Shown here piece after piece: positions 55,278 to 64,000 of a stretch of 64,000 bases of DNA (the first letter of the stretch is position 1; each line of letters starts with the position of its first letter). Under the pieces are notes generated by a model that ran no database searches, was not told where the DNA came from, and saw only the letters and a list, made by a program, of their open reading frames with translations. The position numbers were made by a program, and so were the translations under genes. The DNA is from Eledone cirrhosa (Eukaryota), in the NCBI GenBank assembly GCA_964016885.1, contig OZ024743.1, positions 325,810,001-325,874,000 of the forward strand, in the 5' to 3' direction.

Positions 55278-55326
55278 CAATATGGCGGCGATATCTGTTT
55301 TTCTTCTAATTTCTGTGACGTCACAG
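55278..55326 (-). promoter_or_regulatory. Putative SERINC core promoter: YY1-like motif (CCGCCATATT on the minus strand) and CRE palindrome TGACGTCA (55316-55323)
   Basis: Motifs lie 130-180 nt upstream of the ATG; the CRE sits in a perfect 14-bp palindrome CTGTGACGTCACAG. Confidence 0.5.
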
Positions 55327-55378
55327 TCACCTGACTTGGGTCATGTGCTACTGTAGTGGTTTGTTTAGCATTCAGAGA

Positions 55379-55700
55379 AGGTGCGTGGCTTAGCGGTGAG
55401 GGTGTTCGGTTCATGGCTGCAAAGGTTATGAGTTCGATTCCCAGCCCGGGTGATGCGTTGTGTTCTTGAGAAAGATATTCTACTTCTAGTTGCTTTAGTC
55501 CACTCAGCTATCAAATATGAGTTGTACCTGTAAATTCAAAGGGCTAGTCCTATCACATACTGTGACATGCTGAATATCTCCGAGAACTAATTAAGAGTAA
55601 ATGTGATTGTAAAAGGCTTCGCCACTTTCTCGTAAATTTTACGAGCTGCTTTTCCTGTTGTTCTAACAACTGGAACATTCGTCGGAACCAACGGAGGTCA
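55379..55700 (+). mobile_element. tRNA-derived SINE
   Basis: A-box-like TGGCTTAGCGG and B-box GTTCGATTCC followed by a SINE body also seen at 60298 and 62800. Confidence 0.8.
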
Positions 55701-56239
55701 AAAACACAAAACACATAACCTACTTATTAAACAAGAATAGTTTTGTTTTATTGAAACTTTAATAAATTCTGTGCAATTATTACAAAATGTTGATGATAAA
55801 TGGCACAGAAACTATTTGATAGAGGTGGAGAGAAAGGGAGAAAGACAGATCGACACAATCGAGAGAGAGACAAAGAAACAAACGAAAGCAGCAACAACTG
55901 GCAGTAAACAATAGTGTTAGAAGCTTTTGTAGAGCGAGATAGTGGGTGAGAGAGGGGAAGAGAAAGAGAGGGACTGATTTAGTGAGCAACTAAGGAGGAA
56001 GAGGAGGTGAGCGCTATAACGGGAAGATAGATAGATAGATAGATAGAGAGCGAGAGAGAGAGAGAAAGAGAGAGATTTGATGACAGGCAGTGATGGGGAG
56101 GAAGGAGAGCTACAGCAGGGAGAGAGAAATATAAAAAAATAAAACGTTTAGCAGTCATTCTTTGTCTACACGTTGGGTTGCAGTCCATATGCTTTCTCTT
56201 TTTCTATTTCTTCCTTTCTATATATTATTTTCTGGATCA

Positions 56240-58050
56240 CTGCCATGCACAGTAGCCGCACCTGCTCTAGGGTCAAGGTGAACGGCTACCTCTCGGAGCC
56301 GTTCGAAATCGCGCAGTCCATCCGACAAGGGTGCTCTCCCTTCTGTATGTAATGACTCTAAAGCCACTGCTGCGGAAATGGGAGTTGTTGCAAGGCATCC
56401 CGTTGGAACCGGGATTGCGGAAAGCGGTGTCGCCCTACGCCGATGACGTAACAGTAATGGTGTCGACGGCCTCGGAAATCGGGGCGATCGGCACCTTACT
56501 GGAGGAGTACGAAAGGTTTACAGGGGCTAAGCTGAACCGGGACAAGGCGATCGGTCTGCAACTTGGCACGTGGGGGGGGGGGGGGGGAAGATCGCTGCCC
56601 TCCGATGGCGTCGTCGGGCGCTGGACGGAGGGCCCGGTGAAGTTGCTCGGGGTCTGGTTCGGACCAGACCTCCAGGAGGAGAAGAATTGGGGTGAGGTAA
56701 CGAACAGGGTGTTTGCACTGACCCAGAAGTGGGCCGAGTGCAAACTGTCCCTGAAAGGTCGGGCGGAGGTGGCGATATAGCGTCCGTCATCTACTACCGC
56801 CAAAATGGAGTGCGCACTCTTCCAATCCCTTTGGAAAAAGCGGGCTCCTATGGTGAGGAGATCCATCTGCTGTCAACACGCTTCGAAAGGAGGGCTGGGG
56901 ATGCCGTGGCTATTGATACGTAAACACGCATTAAGGCTACGGCACCTCCAGGTATTCCTCACCGGTCAACCGGTGTGGGCTCCGTTTGTGAGGCGAGCCT
57001 TTCCCAGACTCGTCTCGCTCACCGAGCTGCAATCCTGGGTCAAGCAAAGACCGAGAAAACTGGGCGCCTGGCACACCGAGTGTGCCCAGGCGCTCACGGC
57101 TCTCTGGCAGGCGGACCCGGCTGTCAGTGGAGAATCCACCTCGTCATTCTATAGAGGGTTGGTGGTTAGCAGGTGCGACGACGCCCTCGGAGAAGCCCTA
57201 GGCATGGAGGAAGACGAACTAGCCAACCTGTTCGGTAGGACATTCAGCCCGGGACCCATGGATAACTTCCAGAGGTCCCTGGCCTGGCAGTGCTACCGAG
57301 GGGCTCTGCCCGTTCGAGAAAGGCTCTACAGACACGGGCGCCCGGGTAGGGACCCCTCGAAAAAGATCTGTCCCAGATGCGTGTGCAACGAGGAAACCGT
57401 TGCACACGCATTGGTACACTACTCGGGCATTGCCGATCTGTGGGGCTATGTCGAACAACTGCTGTCAAGGGTGGGACCGATCTGGTTGACCACCGAGTCT
57501 ATTGTAACGATCAAGCCGCCTCCCCTCTTCAAAAACGAAGGAGAGGCGGTGTTTCTGTGCGTAATAGCCATGGCGAAAGAGGTTGTATGGTGGACGCGTC
57601 TGAAAGGACTGAGGTCAGACACCTTTCTCTCTGGCCAACAACTGGTCCGTTTCTTCCGATAACATTTCGGAAGAAGGATCAGGATGGAAAGAGAGGTGCT
57701 GCACCCCAGCCGTTTTTATGAAAGATGGGTGAAAGTGGCGAGAATGGCCCGTGTGAATGGGCCTTAACTCTACATCAGACTATAGGTGAGGAAGATGAAA
57801 GATCAAGGGAGCACCCCCTCTCTGTGCTCCTGAGGAGAAGGGTTGCACACTTTTTCCGGGGGTGTGTGCGACCCCCCAAGGCGCCTCCTCCCTATTGAGG
57901 ATTTTGTTATTAAATTTATTTTTGTTATATTTTATTTTATTTTTATATCTTGTTATTGCCTCCTCCTTATTGAGGACGCCTTTTTATGTAAACTCCCCCC
58001 CATTGTACTTGTCCCACTTTTTGATGCCCTGGTGGCAAATAAAAAGAAAG
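56240..58050 (+). mobile_element. L1/Tx1-like LINE 3' portion (RT YADD to zinc-knuckle C-terminus), GC-rich
   Basis: SPYADDVTV, VKLLGVWFG, KGGLGMP, CPRC...ETVAHAL; ends with AATAAA and an A-rich tail. Confidence 0.9.
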
Positions 58051-58089
58051 TTATATATTATTTTCTCTTGTTAAGTCTTCGCAAAACCA

Positions 58090-59021
58090 TTCAATGTGAG
58101 AGTTGGACTCCGCCAAGGGTGCGTTCTGTCACCTCTCCTGTTCATTATTTTCATGCACAAGGATGACATGCGCAGTCGGGTTGGAAATGATATCACGAAC
58201 GGCGGGTGTAAAATCAGACGGCTGGAATTTGCAGACGACATGGTGTTACTTAACTCGACAGAAGATGAGCTCCGATTTGCAGTTGATAGTTTTGATGCCT
58301 AGTGCTGCATAGCTGGAATGAAAATCAGTGCTGCGAAATCTGAGACACTCGTCCTCTCAAGGAAGCTTGTGCAGTGCACACTATACGTGAACGGAGTTCC
58401 ACTGAAGCAGGTAGAGCAGTTCAAGGGCCGTGCTCACGCGTGATGGAAAGCAGGAGGCTGAATTAAGTGCAAGAATTTCAGAAGCTGGTGCAGTAATGCG
58501 CTAGCTTCAGCATTCGGTCATCAGAATAAGAGAGGTAGGTGTAAAAGCCAAACTCGCTATCTTCAGTTCGGTATTCGTGCCAACCTTTACCTATGGTCAT
58601 GAATGTTGGGTAAAGACCGAAAGAATAAGATCGCGAATACAAGCGACCGAAATGGGGTTCCTGCTAAGGATCTTTAGCGTAACGTTACTCGATAGAGTGC
58701 TTATCTCGGAGATTAGAGAGTCACTTCAGGTAGAGCCACTACTTCTCTGAATTGAGAGATCACCGCTCCGATACTTTGGGCATGTGGTTAGAATGTCTCA
58801 AGAAAGAATCGCTGGGCAGATTTTACGGGCAAAACCAACCGGCAGCAGACCCAGTAGTTGACACCGAGCAAGATGGTTGGATAACATCAATGAGCTTGGC
58901 TGGTCTAGCTTGGGGATCCAGCCGGATCAGTTAGGGACGAGACCCGCTGGAGGGAGGGTTTGAGGACTCTTCCCCCTCGACCCTCTCCGGAATAAGTGGG
59001 CAAAGAAGAAGAAGAAGAAGA
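58090..59021 (+). mobile_element. RTE-group LINE (distinct family) RT and 3' end with (GAA)n tail
   Basis: [24 protein letters not shown]; a short 3'-end copy lies at about 63428-63543. Confidence 0.88.
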
Positions 59022-59119
59022 CAAAAGATATGACTTATCAAGTGCGTGTGTACGTTAGCGTTCTCTCTGTTTCACTCACTGCTTCCGTCTTTCTCACTCG
59101 CTCCATCTCTCATTATTAT

Positions 59120-59480
59120 ATGCAACTGGGAGCTCCCGTGCTGGCCGCCTCGCGGTCCCGGTGGACAGAATAGAGAAGGTGTTTCCCCGGGGGAAGTGAG
59201 GGAGATACGTTGGAAGAGCCATACCAGCTCACGAGGCTCACGCCTGCGGGTAGCCAACTCCGTATCGATAGTGGTGAGAAGGGAGGTGGTCCTAGGGCCA
59301 AGGACACCAAAAGTCTCCACTGCTACGGGCTCGACCACAAACTTGTCGGCGGACAACCGATATTTAGAGTGTTTACCCTCCTCGGCCCGAAGTGCAGCAG
59401 AACCTTGATTATTCGCAGACTGCACCAGGTTGCCGCTGGAGAATGTCTGGCTGCATGTTGCATCCCAGATGATGGGTTTC
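59120..59480 (-). mobile_element. CRE-like non-LTR retrotransposon, restriction-like endonuclease C-terminus
   Basis: IIWDATC...AALRAEEGKHSKY...PVAVETFGVLG...LFQRISL. Confidence 0.8.
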
Positions 59481-60297
59481 CTAAACATAGCCAATATGTG
59501 TGTGTGGCGAAATCCGACACTAAAGGAACATGTTTAGTGTTAGGAAATAACGACCTATCACCTCAATGAATTCAACAATAGATAATAATTTCCGTTGACT
59601 ATTTTGACTTCGTACCTGTCTTTCGAGAGAGACCTTATATATAGGAAAATTTGAGGTTCTCACAGAACACTCACTGGCAGACTACAATAGACACTCTCAG
59701 ACTCGCACTCTAACAGGGACACTAATTTACTGGCGTTTACCAGCGTCCGCTGGCAAGGGCCAAATTTCATTGAAAGTTAATTCATTCAGAATTTCTACAT
59801 TCATTGAGATACAGACCGGCCAACCTCTAAAAACCCAAACGAGGAGTACCATGAAAAAAAAAATGCCCCAAAACAGGGAGAAATGAGCCAAAATGGGGAA
59901 ATTTTACATAGTGAAAGCTATACCCATTTTCACAAGAGAAATGGGTGGGAGTTTTCCCCGTCGGACGAGGAGAGTTGACAGGTCTGGAGATATATGTGTG
60001 TGTGTGTTGAATTTTGACAGCTATGACATTTGGGATTGTAATTTCATTGTCAGCATATTTGTTAGGGGGAAAATGTGAACTTTGCTCTTATTGTAATTTT
60101 ATGTACATTGTTTATATTGATATAAACAAAAACATTCAAGTAATTATTTATTTCAAACACATTTTAACGACGCTTGCTGCACGCCGTTTCACCATACGAT
60201 CCACAACACACATTATTTTCTTATTCCTTCAAAATACTTTGTTGTTTCTCATTCATCCGTGGTTTCATTGTAAACCATGTGAACAAATAAAAATATT

Positions 60298-60580
60298 AAT
60301 TTAGCGGTTTGTGGTAAGAGCGTTGGATTTACGGTCATGATGTCGTGGGTCCGATTCTTGAGTTGGGTTGTGTGTTATGTTCTTGAGCAAAACACTTCAT
60401 TCATTTCACGTTGCTCTACTATACTCAACTGAACATGAGTACCAGTAATATCTGGGAATTTAACCCTGCGATAGCCTGGTGTCCTGTCTAGAGGGGAGTC
60501 ATATATCTCTGTCGCTTCAAGCCACGGAAACCGGGATAAGCACCGGCCTGATGAGCTTCCGGGCTCCAGACAGACTCTTT
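60298..60580 (+). mobile_element. tRNA-derived SINE
   Basis: tRNA-like head (gtggtaagagcg...ggtccgattc), conserved body, 3' gaaaccgggataagcaccggcctgatgag. Confidence 0.8.
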
Positions 60581-61037
60581 AGACACTTCATAGCAAAATA
60601 ATTGAGGAAAATCTTCTTCCTCGCGGCAATATCACATCAATCAACAATTGGTTTCATCGACTATAGCAATACATCATAGCTATTCTCTCGACTTCAGCAA
60701 TACATCATAGCTATTCTCTCGACTCACTGAGACTCACTTCCCATGAACTCGACCAACAAACCACTCATCTCACAACTCCTACTATACCTCTACAAATGAA
60801 CCAAACAAACTACCCAGTATCACTCCCGCGATATATATATATATATATATATGAATGGACCTGCTATTTTTCTCTAAAACATTTTTTTTCAGATTCCGCC
60901 CTGCCTGTCCCCTCAATCTTTCTAATGGTGAAGGACTAGCGTCCAAAACGTTAAGACCCTCTTCCTGCTATTTCAATCATTAAACTAATATATTCTTTCC
61001 ATATACTGTACCGTCTGTTTTGTTATTTCTGTTTACC

Positions 61038-61092
<55 letters not shown>

Positions 61093-61093
61093 A

Positions 61094-61282
61094 GTTTATC
61101 CTGGGTTCAATCGGGGGTAACCACAGTAAGTAAAGTACTCAATACAAAGCAGAGTATAAATATTTCTCCCGAATGAAACAGTTCTAGTCCTGTAGAAGCC
61201 TTTCTATATTAAATATTTATAATCTGCTTTGTATTGAGTACCTTACTTACTGTGGTTGCTCCCGATTGAACCCGAGATAAAC
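61094..61282. mobile_element. Miniature foldback element, same family as 16917-17614
   Basis: 72-bp arms 61094-61165 / 61211-61282; spacer contains gaatgaaacagttctagtcctgtagaa identical to 17569-17595; (TA)n on both sides. Confidence 0.88.
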
Positions 61283-61296
61283 ATATATATATATAT

Positions 61297-61682
61297 ATGA
61301 ATGTATGTATAGCATATTTGGCAATATACCGTATGTTTAATTAAAAACATTTTGAAGACCTTGCGCTATCATTTTAAAGAAGTGACTACGTCACTTCTTT
61401 TTTCGGCAAAGGAAGGGAGACGGCAATCGCTCTGTATAATCAGTTCCTGATTATTACTGGAATTCTATAAGAATCCAGTCTCTATAATTTTCGGCAAAGT
61501 CGGGACTACGTTTCTCTGAAGAACACCAACAGTGTGAAACAGAATGTCAGCTTGTCTCCCTTCCTTTGCCGAAAAAAGAAGTAAGTGACGTAGTCACTAC
61601 TTTAAAGCGATAGCGTAAGGTCTTCAAAATGTTTTTAATTAAACATACGGTATATTGCCAAATATACTATACATACATTCAT
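61297..61682. mobile_element. Foldback element with a hammerhead core in its spacer
   Basis: Arms 61297-61421 / 61554-61682; 61516-61548 reads CTGAAGA-ACAC(caaca)GTGT-GAAACA(gaa)TGTC. Confidence 0.85.
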
Positions 61683-62030
61683 GTATACATCGATATTTCA
61701 GAGCACGAATCCTAATTTATATATACATATATATGCATTTGTGGTAAATGATGGTATCCTAGTTGGATTGTTTATCGACATAGACGTGAGGGAAGGTCCC
61801 TCGTCTATTTACCATTTTTGTAAGTGAGAATTATAACAAGTGAGTGGGTGTGTGCGTAAACAAGACAATAACCATAACGAGAGTTATATTCAACAAATGT
61901 AAATAATGGTGATGTTTATTTTGTTTATATGTGTTTATTATATTACAAATGGAACATACCAAATATAGACGTGGTCAGTTGTGGTGAAGGAATGTGTTAC
62001 AATTACAAAGGTATTGTGGCGTTTGGTGTT

Positions 62031-62236
62031 CCCGTGGCTGTTTTCTGTGGCTTGTATGCTATCTGCTTTCCCGTGGCTGTTTTCTGTGGCTTGTATGCTA
62101 TCTGCTTTCCCGTGGCTGTTTTCTGTGGCTTGTATGCTATCTGCTTTCCCGTAGCTGTTTTCTGTGGCTTGTATGCTATCTGCTTTCCCGTGGCTGTTTT
62201 CTGTGGCTTGTATGCTATCTGCTTTCCCGTGGCTGT
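62031..62236. repeat. 39-bp minisatellite, about 5.3 near-identical copies
   Basis: Unit CCCGTGGCTGTTTTCTGTGGCTTGTATGCTATCTGCTTT, one substitution in copy 4, no spacers. Confidence 0.97.
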
Positions 62237-64000
62237 CTGCTGCTTACCTAGGTGTTCTCCACCAGGGGGAGACAACTAGGCCTGGTCCAGGGGGTGTAAG
62301 GCGTCTTACTACACATTTAAAAGAAAGCTTAAATGTGTTGATACAACTCAAAGCTCTAATGTAATTTTATTATCTACATAAAGATTGCTGAAAAGTTCCT
62401 GGCTTTGAGTATAAGAAAATAACTCATCGGACGAGTAATGTTAGTATTTATTTCGATTTACAAAACAGTAATTTTTATTAAATTCTATTCTATTTATTTT
62501 CCGTATAAAAACAATATTGAAATTTTGTTTTGGAATTGTCTCTGTTTTTCCAATCTGTTGAGAAGGATAGAGATGATGAGAGTGGAAAAGAGAGTGTGAG
62601 AAAAAAGAAAGAGAGAGTAAGGAGACCGTGCATAGAACCAGTGGTCCCCAGATGTCCGCAAAAATATTTTAAATATTTTTAACGACCAATAACATTCATT
62701 CCACTTTTTCAGTTGTCATGCAGAGTATCCTCCCTTTAATTGTATAAAACCATAATTAATTTCTAATATTTTTTTTTTTTTATTTAAGAATGGATCTATG
62801 TCGGTTTCGACAATTAGTATTCCAGTTGTTCGATCACCGAAAAGACGCTCATGAATTGAACGTATAAATGCATGAGCATTCCACAGACACGTGTACCCTG
62901 AACATAATTCTCAAGGAGACTCAGTATGGCTCGGTGCATGACAAAGCTGGCCCTTTTAATTACAAGTACAGTCCATCCAGCAGGCTTCCAAACAGTTACC
63001 GCCAACCTAGTTTCACACACAAAGTTTCCAGGATGCCACGGAATTGGATCAAACCAAGGACCTGGTGATTACGAAGCGAACCTCTTAACCATTTAGTCGG
63101 GTTTTAAAAAAAAATGGAACTACATATTTCCCCACCAAAATCTAAAATGCAGTTGTTTTGAAATTCTCTGTTCTTTAGGTGCAGCGATTTAGCAGAGTCG
63201 TTAGAACATTGGATAGAATGCATTTCGGGATTTGTTCGGGCTCTTTGCGTTCACTTGGTTCAAATCCCGCTGGAGTCAATTGAGCCTCTCATACTGCCGA
63301 TGTAAATAAAAAAAAAAAAAAGTACCAGTCCAGTACTAGGATCAATTCTCCCCCTAGCCCTCTACTTTTCTGAAAGAAATTGGTTGTGTTCAAACCTGCA
63401 AAAATTATGGGCTCCACCAGGTTTAAATGCTTGGGGATCCAGCCAGATCAGTTGGTTGCTTCTAACATGACTCGCTGGAGGGGATGTTTGAGGACTCTGT
63501 TGCTCCCATGACGCGCTCAGGAATAAGTGCGCGAAGAAGAAGCGCCCCTTCGATTCTATCAGGAGTTATGGGGGGGGGGGGTCCATACATGCTCAGTTTT
63601 TTTTAATCCTGTTTAGTTTATTTTGTCTATGTGCAATTTTATCTCAGTATGTTTAACTATATACCCATTTTCACAAGAGACATCTCTCACCCACCCCAAA
63701 GTGGGTGGGAGATCTCCCCGTCGGACGGGGAGAGTTGACAGGTCAGAATAACGGTTTTTGATTTAGGCACAAGGCCAACAATTTTGGGAGAGAGAAAAGT
63801 CGATTAAATCGACCCAGTGTGTTACTGGTACTTTATTTTATCGACCCCGTAAGGATGAAATGCAAACCTAACATCGGTGAGATTTGAACTCAGAACATAA
63901 AGGGTCGTAACTCTATACCGCGAAACATGGTGCCCGACGCTCTACGATACTACCAATTCACCACCCTCTTAATGGGTTCTGATTTAGATACAAGACCAAC

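Noticed and set aside
55379-55450. tRNA gene
   Set aside because: The tRNA-like head continues into a dispersed SINE body, and no convincing cloverleaf forms
60526-60560. GAAAC...CTGATGAG in the SINE tail as a hammerhead
   Set aside because: No UH triplet or stem I between the motifs in the required topology
62031-62236. CRISPR-like array
   Set aside because: Head-to-tail repeats with no unique spacers, eukaryotic context, no cas genes

Overview
AT-rich, repeat-dense eukaryotic DNA. The SINE/RTE families with (GAT)n tails suggest an octopus-like cephalopod, which is an inference from repeat content. The window holds one complete intron-rich protein-coding gene on the minus strand, a serine incorporator (SERINC/TDE/TMS family) gene. 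I assembled it by hand from 12 phase-compatible GT-AG exons between 55147 and 5884 (1365 nt, 454 aa), and there are two candidate in-frame microexons in the 17-kb intron 10. The rest is decayed mobile DNA: RTE, CR1, L1/Tx1-like and CRE-like non-LTR retrotransposons, tRNA-type SINEs, a non-autonomous Helitron, MITEs, a Penelope GIY-YIG remnant and micro/minisatellites. The most striking unexplained pattern is a set of sequence-unrelated foldback (inverted-repeat) elements, several of them in (TA)n tracts. Each carries a minimal hammerhead-ribozyme core (CUGAnGA-stem II-GAAA...UH), and in several the inverted arm starts at or just after the predicted cleavage site. They look like miniature Penelope-derived, ribozyme-bearing palindromic elements. 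All alignments and foldings were done by eye, and repeat boundaries are approximate.
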